Positions 7,690-18,167 of a stretch of DNA of 61,779 bases are shown here, piece by piece (within the stretch, counting starts at the first letter, position 1; each line of letters opens with the position of its first letter). The notes beneath the pieces were generated by a model. It worked only from the letters and a program-made list of their open reading frames with translations, was not told where the DNA came from and did not search any database. The DNA lies in NCBI GenBank assembly GCA_030647775.1, contig JAUSJC010000004.1, positions 1-61,779 of the forward strand. The letters run 5' to 3'. This stretch comes from Candidatus Curtissbacteria bacterium (GTDB lineage: Bacteria; Patescibacteriota; Microgenomatia; Curtissbacterales; GWA2-41-24). The translations under genes and the position numbers were made by a program.

Positions 7690-8565
7690 ATGAAAAGATT
7701 AGATGAGGCTCATAAAGAATTTGTAGAACATTTAAGAGGCAAAAAGCGCGCCTCGGCAACCGTTTTGGCCTATGGTAAAGATATCCAGCAATTGGTGCAG
7801 TTTTTAAACGACCTTAAAAAGGCCGACGTTACAGAAGTTGCCGCCGAAGATATCCGCACATTTTTGGCAAAACTCGAAAAAGAAGGCTACACCCAAAAAT
7901 CAATTTCCCGGAAGCTAAATTCCACCAAAACTTTCTTCCGCTTTCTAAAAGTCCAGGAGCTCATCACCGACGACCCGGCAACACTAGTCGACCATCCAAA
8001 GTTTGACACCAAACCGCCGCGCATCTTGTCCCCTATTGAATACAGGGCACTAAGAGATGCGGCCCGCGATGACGCCAGAATCGCCGCCGTTATCGAGATT
8101 CTTTTGCAAACCGGAATCAGGATTGGCGAACTGGCCAACATTAGAACCGATGATGTTTACGAAAGTGTTGGGCAAAAAGAGGGTTCCTTATTTATAAGGT
8201 CACAAGAAAACCGTGGTGAACGAACCGTTCCTTTAAATAAAGCCGCCGAAACGGCCCTTAAAAGATATCTGGAAGTTCGCCCAAAAACTGCCAACAAGGC
8301 CCTGTTTGTCACCAAAACCGGCCGTCCGCTTCTCGTTCGAAACATCAGGACCGCTATCGACCGTTATTACAAAAGGGCCGGTATTAGCGGCGCCAAGGTT
8401 AACGACCTAAGGCACACTTGGGTCGCCCATCACCTTACTGCCGGAACATCACTGGTTTTGATTTCCAAAATCGCCGGCCACAAGCGCCTTTCCACTACGG
8501 AACGTTACTTAACACTGATCACTACTCCAAAAGGCGAGGAGAAGGTAAAGTTAGAAGAACTTTAA
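7690..8565 (+). CDS. Tyrosine recombinase (XerC/XerD family)
   Basis: N-terminal SAM-like domain. Catalytic residues in context: ...RIGEL, LRHTWVAHHL, GHKRLSTTERY. Confidence 0.85.
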   Translation: MKRLDEAHKEFVEHLRGKKRASATVLAYGKDIQQLVQFLNDLKKADVTEVAAEDIRTFLAKLEKEGYTQKSISRKLNSTKTFFRFLKVQELITDDPATLVDHPKFDTKPPRILSPIEYRALRDAARDDARIAAVIEILLQTGIRIGELANIRTDDVYESVGQKEGSLFIRSQENRGERTVPLNKAAETALKRYLEVRPKTANKALFVTKTGRPLLVRNIRTAIDRYYKRAGISGAKVNDLRHTWVAHHLTAGTSLVLISKIAGHKRLSTTERYLTLITTPKGEEKVKLEEL

Positions 8566-8589
8566 CTTCGACGAAGCCGAGTTTGACTC

Positions 8590-8622
8590 GGTGAGGAAAA
8601 AGTTAAGCTCGAAGAACTGTAA
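8590..8622 (+). other. Second, synonymous copy of the last ten codons plus stop of the recombinase gene
   Basis: ggt gag gaa aaa gtt aag ctc gaa gaa ctg taa = GEEKVKLEEL*, identical in peptide to 8533-8565. It differs at 8 nucleotides, all synonymous. Confidence 0.6.
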
Positions 8623-8623
8623 G

Positions 8624-9148
8624 ATGCAAGAACTACCACCACCAAATATTTCTCCAGAGGTCCTAACCGCTCTAGGATTGGATGGCGATATCGAAAGACC
8701 ATACTTAGAACAAATGCGTAAAAAAGGAAGGTCGCACTATACATGGAGAAGAGTGAGTAGAGATAAAACCACTTTTACCTTATCCGTTATGGATTGGTAT
8801 GTAAAATTCTCTATAGATAGAAAGGAGCAAATACCTGTTACTCTTCTAGATAGGTGGCGACAAAGTGCTTTGGGGTTTGAGCCTGAGGTCAGATCATTGA
8901 TTGAAAAGGGTGTCCGGGTATACGTTGAGGGATTTACGGAACAAGCATTAGATGAGAAGCAGTTTGTGAGCGCAACCGAAATGTTTGACTCAATTACCCC
9001 AGGTGGCATTACTCAAAACCTTGAGGTCATGAGCAGGCTCAAATCTGAAGCGGCATCATTCGTTTCCAATGGAAACCCATTGAGGGGACTGGAAATTGCA
9101 AGAGCAATTCAGAACATCGTAAATAGCAAACAACTTATTTCTTCTTAA
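8624..9148 (+). CDS. Hypothetical protein
   Basis: The ORF track starts at GTG 8591. ATG 8624 (MQELPPPN) follows the duplicated stop and is preferred. No known motif. Confidence 0.45.
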   Translation: MQELPPPNISPEVLTALGLDGDIERPYLEQMRKKGRSHYTWRRVSRDKTTFTLSVMDWYVKFSIDRKEQIPVTLLDRWRQSALGFEPEVRSLIEKGVRVYVEGFTEQALDEKQFVSATEMFDSITPGGITQNLEVMSRLKSEAASFVSNGNPLRGLEIARAIQNIVNSKQLISS

Positions 9149-9281
9149 AAAACCCGCTAACAACATCCCAAAGCATAATCACAATCATCGGCACCAAAAG
9201 TAATCTCCAAAACCACGACACAAAAAAGACTAAGATTATCCCCACTATTCCTGCCAGCAAAAACAGAATTTTAAGTATCAT
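9135..9281 (-). CDS. Possible 48-aa membrane peptide (below the ORF-track cutoff)
   Basis: MILKILFLLAGIVGIILVFFVSWFWRLLLVPMIVIMLWDVVSGFFKKK has two hydrophobic helices. No clear SD. Confidence 0.25.
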   Translation of the reverse strand: MILKILFLLAGIVGIILVFFVSWFWRLLLVPMIVIMLWDVVSGFFKKK

Positions 9282-9330
9282 CTTACAATTCTATTGTATA
9301 TTAATTTCGAGCTTGTGAGAAAATGTTCTT

Positions 9331-9359
9331 CTTGCCTAATATCCTAACCTTTGTTATAT
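9331..9359 (+). promoter_or_regulatory. Sigma70-like promoter candidate for the atp operon
   Basis: TTGCCT, 17-nt spacer, TATATT, about 70 nt upstream of atpB. Confidence 0.35.
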
Positions 9360-9430
9360 TGACCTCGAAGGACTTAGGGATATGAACCCGAGCCCTTTTT
9401 TTCGAATTTAATTACTGAGATAATCATACT

Positions 9431-10156
9431 ATGGAAGGCCATATCACCCTAGCTGCTGAAAAATTATTCTCAATCGGTCCTTTGCCTATTACCAATACTA
9501 TCCTCACAACCTGGCTTGTTACGGCAGTTATGGTTTCATTCGCATTTGTGGCCACCCGTAAAGTCGCCCTTGTCCCCAATAGTATTCAAAACTTCGCCGA
9601 ATTCGCCGTGGAATCTCTCCACGACCTCGTCGAATCAGTCGCCGGCACCAAAACTGCCGTTTTCTTTCCGATTATCGCCAGCTTTTTCTTCTTTATTATC
9701 GTAGGCAATTACCTGGGCTTACTCCCCGGCTTCGGCACAATTGGTGTGCACCAAGGTTCAAAATTTGTCCCCCTTTTTCGCTCGATTAATTCCGACCTAA
9801 ATACAACTCTCGCTCTTGCTCTAGTTTCTGTAATTGCCACCCACTACCTCGCCATTAAATATTTAGGCCTTGGCGGCTATTTAAAAAAATGGTTTTCCTT
9901 AAACCCTATCTTTCTTTTTGTCGGAATAATCGAACTTGCCGGCGAATTTACAAAAGTCGTTTCACTTTCCTTCCGGCTTTTTGGCAACATCTTTGCCGGT
10001 GAAACGGCCCTAACTACTGTTTCCAAACTTTTTGCCTTTATTGTCCCGATTCCTTTTATGCTTCTTGAAATTATTGTCGGCTTCGTTCAAGCCCTGGTTT
10101 TTGCTATGCTAACTTTAGTTTTTATGGTAATCTTGACGCAGAAACATGAGCACTAA
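9431..10156 (+). CDS. atpB: F0F1 ATP synthase subunit a
   Basis: Multi-TM protein with the conserved LSFRLFGNIFAGE motif. First gene of the operon. Confidence 0.9.
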   Translation: MEGHITLAAEKLFSIGPLPITNTILTTWLVTAVMVSFAFVATRKVALVPNSIQNFAEFAVESLHDLVESVAGTKTAVFFPIIASFFFFIIVGNYLGLLPGFGTIGVHQGSKFVPLFRSINSDLNTTLALALVSVIATHYLAIKYLGLGGYLKKWFSLNPIFLFVGIIELAGEFTKVVSLSFRLFGNIFAGETALTTVSKLFAFIVPIPFMLLEIIVGFVQALVFAMLTLVFMVILTQKHEH

Positions 10157-10168
10157 GGAGGTGAATAA

Positions 10169-10378
<210 letters not shown>

Positions 10379-10473
10379 TTGGGCTTTTGGACGATTGGGT
10401 TATTGGGACTTAAACATCCTAACAACCTACCGACCGAATAGCCTAATAACCTAAAGGCCTAATAAACCTAAAG

Positions 10474-10983
10474 ATGGAAATAGCAAAACAGTTTGGCATT
10501 GAACCAATTCTGCTCTTGGCGCAAATCATCAATTTTTTGGTTATCCTTTTTGTGCTCAAAAAGTTCTTTTATAAACCCCTCGTCAAGATGCTGGCGGACC
10601 GCAAGGCAAGAATCGCCGAAAGTCTCCGCAATGCCGACACCATAGAAGGAAAACTAAAAGCAACCGAAGAAAAATCGGCGCTTGTTTTAGATACTGCCAG
10701 GAAAAACGCCGAAGACATTCTGACTGACGCCAAAGCCGAAGCCCAAAGAATCGCCGACGCCGCCGGCCAAGAAGCTAAAACGGCAACAGAGCAAACCCTG
10801 AAAAAAGCCATGGAGCAAATTCAATCTGAACGGGAAAAAATGCAAAAAGATCTGGAACAAGAAACTCTCGATTTAGTCACAGCAACAGTCAAAAAAGTTT
10901 TAGGCAGGAATTTAAGAGACGTGGAGAAAAAATCTTTAACTGCCAAATCAATTGCCGATATAACTCGGAAGATGTCATCCTGA
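10474..10983 (+). CDS. atpF: F0F1 ATP synthase subunit b
   Basis: N-terminal TM plus a long charged helix, with the expected operon position. The last codons and stop (ATG TCA TCC TGA) lie in a family B element. Confidence 0.8.
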   Translation: MEIAKQFGIEPILLLAQIINFLVILFVLKKFFYKPLVKMLADRKARIAESLRNADTIEGKLKATEEKSALVLDTARKNAEDILTDAKAEAQRIADAAGQEAKTATEQTLKKAMEQIQSEREKMQKDLEQETLDLVTATVKKVLGRNLRDVEKKSLTAKSIADITRKMSS

Positions 10984-11095
10984 ACAATGTCATCCTGAAC
11001 TCGATTCAGGATCTGTAACTGATTCAGGATCTAATCTAAACGGATTCCGAAATATACAGGGCCATGCGACCTAAAGGTCTAAAGTTCGGAATGAC
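10974..11095. repeat. Composite palindromic elements (family B GTCATCCTGAAC-type plus a GTCATTCCGAAC-type unit)
   Basis: gtcatcctgaac appears twice, gattcaggatc appears twice, followed by the inverted copy of the 34679-34731 element. Confidence 0.7.
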
Positions 11096-11108
11096 AACAG
11101 GGGAATAA

Positions 11109-11480
11109 ATGAAGAAAAAATACATAAAAATCGCCAAAGTAATGCTCCGGGCCAGTTTAAAAAATGGTCAGGTTGACTCAAAATCAGTCGACAAAGTCTT
11201 AAAAGAAATTATTTCCCAAAAACCTTCCGGTCTTACCAAAATTTTAAAAATCTATAGAAACTTAATCACGGCCCAACTGGCCAAGGAAGAGCTAATTATC
11301 GAAGCCGCCGCTCTACCCTCTCTCTCAAAATCGGCACTTCTTTCAAAGACCGGAGCCAAAAGAATTGTCGTAAGAATTAACCCTGCAATTGTTTTTGGTG
11401 CCAGGATAAAAAATGGTGATTGGATCTGGGAAGAAACCCTAAACTCGAAACTTGAACAAATCAAGCAGGCTAGTGGGTAA
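11109..11480 (+). CDS. atpH: F0F1 ATP synthase subunit delta (short OSCP-like)
   Basis: Position between atpF and atpA. C-terminal ...VFGARIKNGDWIWEETL resembles the delta C-terminus. Confidence 0.6.
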   Translation: MKKKYIKIAKVMLRASLKNGQVDSKSVDKVLKEIISQKPSGLTKILKIYRNLITAQLAKEELIIEAAALPSLSKSALLSKTGAKRIVVRINPAIVFGARIKNGDWIWEETLNSKLEQIKQASG

Positions 11481-11547
11481 TTAGGCGATTAGGCTATTAG
11501 GAAAATACCTAATTACCCAACAACCTAAAAACCTAATAACCAAACCG

Positions 11548-13116
11548 ATGAGTATCCTGGAAAATATCGAAAAACAAATAGATAAGGCGAAATTCACCTC
11601 GATCCCAAAAAACGTCGGCAAAATCATTGAAATTGGCGACGGTGTCGCTCGCGTTTCCGGCCTCTCCGATGTTTCTGCCTCGGAAATTGTCACTTTCCCC
11701 CTCCGGACCAGAGGCCCCTCTGGGCCAGCGGCTCACGGCATCACCGGCCTTGCGCTAAATTTGGAAGAAGACAGTGTCGGCGTCATCATTTTTGGTGATT
11801 GGGCAAAACTTAAAGAAGGCGATGAAGTCCAAACTACCGGAAGAATCCTGGAAATTCCTGTCGGTGATGCTCTTATAGGCAGGGTTGTCGATGCTCTTGG
11901 CAAACCGGTTGACGGCAAAGGGCCCATCAAGGCAACCACGCACTACCCGGCCGAAAAAATTGCCCCCGGCGTCATCTTTCGCCAACCCGTTAATGTGCCT
12001 TTGCAAACCGGTATCAAAGCCATCGATTCTATGATTCCTATTGGCCGCGGCCAAAGGGAACTTATAATCGGCGACCGCGGCCTTGGTAAAACCGCCATTT
12101 GTCTGGATACCATCATTAACCAAAAAGGCAAAAAAGTTATTTGTATTTATGTCGCCATCGGCCAAAAAACCAGCAAAATTGCCCAGGTTGTCGCCATTCT
12201 GGAAAAACACAAAGCCCTGGACCACACCATCGTTGTGGCCGCATCCGCTTCCGATTCGGCTAGCCAGCAGTATGTTGCCCCCTACGCCGGCTGCGCTATC
12301 GGAGAATATTTTATGGACCAGGGGAAAGACGCCTTGGTCATCTATGACGATTTGACCAAACACGCCTGGGCTTACCGCCAGATTTCTCTTCTTCTTAAAC
12401 GTCCTTCCGGCCGCGAAGCTTACCCTGGTGACGTTTTCTACCTTCATTCCCGTCTGTTGGAACGCGCGGCCCGTCTTGACGAAAAACACGGCGGCGGCTC
12501 CCTAACCGCTCTTCCGATTATCGAAACCCAAGCCGGTGATGTTTCCGCCTACATTCCCACTAATGTTATTTCCATTACCGACGGCCAAATCTTCTTGGAA
12601 GCCGATCTTTTCAACGCCGGCAACCGCCCGGCCATCAATGCCGGCATTTCCGTTTCCCGGGTTGGCGGCAATGCCCAAACAAAAATGATGAAAAAAGTCG
12701 CCGGCGGCCTCCGCTTAGACCTTGCCCAGTACAGGTCTCTGGCCGCCTTTACCCAGTTTGGTTCCGACCTTGATGCCACAACTCTGGCAAAACTCGAGCG
12801 CGGTAAAAGAATCGTCGAAATTTTAAAGCAGCCCCAATACCAACCAATTGATATTACTGCTCAAACCGTTATCTTCTGGTCTGCGGCAAACGGATACTTC
12901 GATTCTATTGCGGTCACCGAAGTTTCTAGGTTTGAAGAGCGGATTATTTCTGCTCTTGCCACCAACAAAAAACTAAAAGATCATCTGGACGACAAAAAAG
13001 AACTCGACGATTTTGCCGTCAAAGAACTCGAAAAGATGCTTTCTTCCCTTTCCGGCAAAATGCCCAAAGTCGAAACTCAAGAGAAACCAAAAAGGAGGTC
13101 AAAAACAAAAAAATAA
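11548..13116 (+). CDS. atpA: F0F1 ATP synthase subunit alpha
   Basis: GDRGLGKT Walker A, full-length alpha architecture. About 10 extra residues before [10 protein letters not shown]. Confidence 0.95.
   Translation: MSILENIEKQIDKAKFTSIPKNVGKIIEIGDGVARVSGLSDVSASEIVTFPLRTRGPSGPAAHGITGLALNLEEDSVGVIIFGDWAKLKEGDEVQTTGRILEIPVGDALIGRVVDALGKPVDGKGPIKATTHYPAEKIAPGVIFRQPVNVPLQTGIKAIDSMIPIGRGQRELIIGDRGLGKTAICLDTIINQKGKKVICIYVAIGQKTSKIAQVVAILEKHKALDHTIVVAASASDSASQQYVAPYAGCAIGEYFMDQGKDALVIYDDLTKHAWAYRQISLLLKRPSGREAYPGDVFYLHSRLLERAARLDEKHGGGSLTALPIIETQAGDVSAYIPTNVISITDGQIFLEADLFNAGNRPAINAGISVSRVGGNAQTKMMKKVAGGLRLDLAQYRSLAAFTQFGSDLDATTLAKLERGKRIVEILKQPQYQPIDITAQTVIFWSAANGYFDSIAVTEVSRFEERIISALATNKKLKDHLDDKKELDDFAVKELEKMLSSLSGKMPKVETQEKPKRRSKTKK
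11699..11732. repeat. 34-nt hairpin element ccctccggaccagaggcccctctgggccagcggc inside atpA
   Basis: Identical except for 1 nt to 27970-28003. Encodes [12 protein letters not shown] here. Confidence 0.75.
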
Positions 13117-13169
13117 ACGGGTGGCAACAGTAAAATGTCTCCCTACAAAAACGTCAGCATTGGCGCAAA

Positions 13170-13301
13170 ATCAAAAACATGACGGAGCAAGCTCTTAAAA
13201 TCAAAACGAATAATAAATTAATATCTGTTGCTTGCGGAGTCTTGAGCGAGGCGAAATTTAAAATCCGACTCAGCATTGATGTTGGCCGAGCGTTTTTTGA
13301 T
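13170..13301. repeat. Family H MITE-like element (ATCAAAAACATGACGRAGC ... GGCCGAGCGTTTTTTGAT), copy 1
   Basis: About 130 nt between atpA and atpG. Second copy at 43430-43558 with shared termini and an internal GAGCGAGGCGAA block. Confidence 0.6.
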
Positions 13302-13330
13302 TGCGACAGTGCTGACAAACAAACCTAATC

Positions 13331-14182
13331 ATGACCCAAATCCGAGAAATTAAAAGAAGAATCAAATCGATTGAAAATACCTCAAAGGTTACTCACGCCA
13401 TGGAGCTTGTTTCTGCCGCCAAAATGAGAAAGGCCCAGGAAAAAACCGTTTCTAGCCGCCCTTATACCAGTGCCCTGCACCAAATGATTATCGAGCTTCG
13501 TCCCGAAACACACAAAAACCTTCACCGCCTTTTAAAGGAAAATAGTTCTCCAAACCAACTGGTTATACTAATCACCTCCGACCGCGGTTTTGTCGGCGGT
13601 TTAAACCTCAACCTGGCCAGGGAAGCCATCAAAATGACCAATAAGAACACCAAATTTATTGTCGTTGGCAAAAAAGCCTTAAGCTTCGCCGTTAAAATGG
13701 GGGCCGACGTTATCGCCGGATTCCAATCGGAAGAAAAACCATTTATCGACCTGGCCCGAACCATCGCAAAAATGGCCGTCGACGCGTTTACCAAAGCAGA
13801 AGTTTCCGGCGTTTATCTAATCTACTCAAAATTCGAATCTACGATAAAACAAGTGCCAACCGTTCAAAAACTGTTACCTATCACTCTCACCGGTGCGGAA
13901 GCCGGAATCGAAACCGAAGAAGTACCCCAAATGCTTTTTGAACCGTCGGCCGACAGAATTATCGAACGGCTTCTTCCCCACCACGTCTTAACCCATATCT
14001 ACCAAATACTGCTGGAATCCAAAGCATCTGAACACTCGGCCAGAATGGTCGCTATGAAAAACGCTACCGATGCGGCCAGTGACCTGGTAGACGATTTGAC
14101 CTTAACTTATAATCAGGCCCGGCAGGAATCTATAACCAAAGAACTTTTAGATATCATCACGGCACAGGCCGTGTTTGAATAA
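13331..14182 (+). CDS. atpG: F0F1 ATP synthase subunit gamma
   Basis: IKRRIKSIENTSKVTHAMELVSAAKMRKAQ N-terminus and ITKELLDIITAQ C-terminus. Confidence 0.9.
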   Translation: MTQIREIKRRIKSIENTSKVTHAMELVSAAKMRKAQEKTVSSRPYTSALHQMIIELRPETHKNLHRLLKENSSPNQLVILITSDRGFVGGLNLNLAREAIKMTNKNTKFIVVGKKALSFAVKMGADVIAGFQSEEKPFIDLARTIAKMAVDAFTKAEVSGVYLIYSKFESTIKQVPTVQKLLPITLTGAEAGIETEEVPQMLFEPSADRIIERLLPHHVLTHIYQILLESKASEHSARMVAMKNATDAASDLVDDLTLTYNQARQESITKELLDIITAQAVFE

Positions 14183-14322
14183 CAAAATCACAATGACCAA
14201 GCACCAAATATCAAACAATACTAAAGCAAAAAAATGTTCTAAATTCAAAACAGTTTTAGAAATTATGATTTTGAACATTTGAATTTGTTTGTGATTTGGA
14301 ATTTGTGATTTGGAATTTATAG

Positions 14323-15843
<1,521 letters not shown>

Positions 15844-15878
15844 GGATCAATTCGGACTAAAAATTCGAATCAATTAGG

Positions 15879-16289
15879 ATGTTACATTTACAAATCATCA
15901 CTCCCGAAAAAACCGTCTTTGACGACGAAGTTGACCAAGTAAGCCTACCGACCGAAAACGGCCAAATCACAATCCTTCCCCACCACGTCGCCCTGGTAAC
16001 TTCCATAAAACCCGGTGAGTTAATCTTAAAAAAACATTCCAAGGAAGAACTTTTAGCAGCCGGGTTTGGATTTGCCCAAATCACAAAAGACAACGTTAAA
16101 GTCTTGGTCGACCTGGCCGCTCCGGAGGAAGAATTGGAAGAAAAGGCAATCGAAGAAGCCAAAAAAGCGGCCGAGGTTGCCCTTGCCCAAAAGCATACTC
16201 TTTCCGAAGAAGAATACGCTACCGCCGCCGCCAATCTGCAAAAAGCCCTTGCCCAGCTTCGAATCAAACGCCGTCGCCGTCGCATATAA
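15879..16289 (+). CDS. atpC: F0F1 ATP synthase subunit epsilon
   Basis: LQIITPEKTVFDDEVDQVSLPTENGQITILPHH N-terminal beta sandwich. Last gene of the operon. Confidence 0.85.
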   Translation: MLHLQIITPEKTVFDDEVDQVSLPTENGQITILPHHVALVTSIKPGELILKKHSKEELLAAGFGFAQITKDNVKVLVDLAAPEEELEEKAIEEAKKAAEVALAQKHTLSEEEYATAAANLQKALAQLRIKRRRRRI

Positions 16290-16290
16290 A

Positions 16291-16815
16291 ATGTACACTT
16301 CAATTGTAATTTCCGGCCCCATTGCCTCCGGTACCTCCACTACCGCCAAAGCCCTTGCCGAAAAACTGCATCTCGAATACCACAGCGCTGGTAAAATCTT
16401 CCGCAAGTACATGTTAGAACACAATCTCCCGCTCCATGACAAAGCGAGTTTTCCTGATCAACTGGATAAAGGACTGGACGAAAAAACAATCAATCTTGTT
16501 AAAAATGGCGGTGTGGTTGTAGATGCTCACTACGCAGGATACTTCACAAGGGAAATGGCAGACGCTTTAAAAGTTCTCCTCACTTGTGACTATCAAGAGC
16601 GCATCAAGCGAGCACTCTCCCGAGTCCATACTCACACCGAAACCGAAGAGGATATTAAAAAACGCGAAGAGGGCCTGGACGCAAAGTTCCGCAAACTCTA
16701 CGCTGACGAAAACTTTTTAGACCCCAAGTTTTTTGATTTAACAATTAATACAACTCAAACCCCATCCGAAGAAGTAGTAGAAAGCATCTCACAAAAATTT
16801 TATAAAAATAATTAA
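16291..16815 (+). CDS. Cytidylate kinase-like P-loop kinase
   Basis: ISGPIASGTST P-loop. Start taken at ATG 16291, because the longer track ORF overlaps atpC in another frame. Confidence 0.6.
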   Translation: MYTSIVISGPIASGTSTTAKALAEKLHLEYHSAGKIFRKYMLEHNLPLHDKASFPDQLDKGLDEKTINLVKNGGVVVDAHYAGYFTREMADALKVLLTCDYQERIKRALSRVHTHTETEEDIKKREEGLDAKFRKLYADENFLDPKFFDLTINTTQTPSEEVVESISQKFYKNN

Positions 16816-16822
16816 AATAAAT

Positions 16823-17608
16823 ATGAGAATAATCACTTCGATATTAAAACTCGCCACTGTTTTTATTATCTCCTCATTTGAATTCTTTTATATAGTTTTA
16901 GATATCTTGAAAATCAATGAAACAATTCACTTCACTAGTAAAGATAACGGTCTCGGCTACTTTTTCTCAGTCCTTATTTCTCCAATAGCGGCGATCGTTT
17001 CCATACTGCTTTTAGGTATGTTTAAAAATAAATGGAAACATATCTTCTTTTTGATAATCTTAACTTCCACTACAATCATTCTTTATTTATTTACTGCAAA
17101 TTTCTCAAAGCCTTTAAATGAAGCCAGGATCAAGATTCCCAAACTCGAAAAAAGAGGCTGTCTTACCGCATATTGGCCTACTTATCTTCCCGATGGATAT
17201 AAATTCAACAGTCTCGGTTATATAAATAATTTAAATAAATGCAATCAGGATTACCTCTACTCATTCTCCTTCTTTAACTTAAAACAGCTTAAGGAAATTA
17301 ATGTTATTCATATTCGAAATTTAGAATCAAAACAATCCTCATGCAGATTCTATGCATCCGATGGCTCTCTAGAAGAAACAATTTTAATCAATAATAATCC
17401 GTCTTATATTTTAATAAGTAACTATACAATTTGCATAGATTTGAGTAAGGATGGAAATAGAATTATTGTTGAAGGAGAGTATCTGGATCAGACAGTGAAT
17501 CCCCGAAGTTTCACGAAGAGTGAAGGAAATGTGCTTAAAGAAGAAGTTGTCAAAGTGGCTTCTGGGCTAGAAAAATTTAATGCGGCAATTAAAAATCCCG
17601 TTAATTAA
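16823..17608 (+). CDS. Hypothetical membrane protein in a visibly AT-rich insert (C-terminal YLPDGYKF, DUF4367-like)
   Basis: Three TM helices plus an extracytoplasmic domain. Looks markedly more AT-rich than its neighbours (not counted). Confidence 0.5.
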   Translation: MRIITSILKLATVFIISSFEFFYIVLDILKINETIHFTSKDNGLGYFFSVLISPIAAIVSILLLGMFKNKWKHIFFLIILTSTTIILYLFTANFSKPLNEARIKIPKLEKRGCLTAYWPTYLPDGYKFNSLGYINNLNKCNQDYLYSFSFFNLKQLKEINVIHIRNLESKQSSCRFYASDGSLEETILINNNPSYILISNYTICIDLSKDGNRIIVEGEYLDQTVNPRSFTKSEGNVLKEEVVKVASGLEKFNAAIKNPVN

Positions 17609-17615
17609 AAACCTC

Positions 17616-17714
17616 CTCGACCCCAAGTTTTTCGATCTGGTTATCGATACCACAAATACGAAAGTAGAAAAAATCGTCGGTGAAATTTCAGAAAAGTTCA
17701 ACCTAAATACCTAA
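17616..17714 (+). pseudogene. Orphan copy of the 3' end of the cmk-like gene
   Basis: Encodes LDPKFFDLVIDTTNTKVEKIVGEISEKFNLNT*, compared with cmk C-terminus LDPKFFDLTINTTQTPSEEVVESISQKFYKNN*. Confidence 0.5.
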
Positions 17715-18167
17715 ACTGCTGTAAATCTGCCCCGTAATTTGGCCGTAAATTAAACCGGGAAACACATAATCCAACACAAAAATACAAACGCATACAATCA
17801 TCATCCAGCGGGTAATGTCTCCCTGCTGTTTAAATACTCGTCTTAGATAGAACCCAAAAATAATTTGCGCTATGGAAAAAATTAACAGCGCCCAAACCCA
17901 CTTGTTATCGCCGGCCAAAGCACCCACACCGGCAACACTTATCGCTCTGGTAATATATGGCAATACTAAAAAATTCAGAGCCAGTGTGTAAACAAGAATA
18001 ATAAGTCCGGCAGTCCAAATTAAACCGGCAAGCCATGAATGATAACCTTTATACTTCCACAAAATATAGAAGGCCGCCGGCGGAAAAATCAGTATCAGGA
18101 AAATTACCAAAAGGTGATGCGGCCTTTTCCCTTCCTGGTCAGCAAGAGGCATCTGATTTTCTAGCAT
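17703..18167 (-). CDS. Hypothetical membrane protein
   Basis: 154 aa, 4-5 TM helices, abuts nadK (stop/start adjacent). Confidence 0.5.
   Translation of the reverse strand: MLENQMPLADQEGKRPHHLLVIFLILIFPPAAFYILWKYKGYHSWLAGLIWTAGLIILVYTLALNFLVLPYITRAISVAGVGALAGDNKWVWALLIFSIAQIIFGFYLRRVFKQQGDITRWMMIVCVCIFVLDYVFPGLIYGQITGQIYSSLGI

Noticed and set aside
11755-12489. A 244-aa minus-strand ORF, together with other long antisense ORFs (2790-3389, 22092-22727, 28313-28837, 33407-33898, 53621-54277, 15170-15643).
   Set aside because: They lie antisense to or overlap strongly conserved genes (atpA, ftsH, sufB, and others) and have low-complexity composition without motifs. They are treated as shadow ORFs.
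16066-16290. The N-terminal 75-aa extension of the cmk-like ORF given in the track (16066-16815).
   Set aside because: It overlaps atpC in another frame and encodes a low-complexity K/P-rich sequence. The P-loop domain begins right at ATG 16291, just after the atpC stop.
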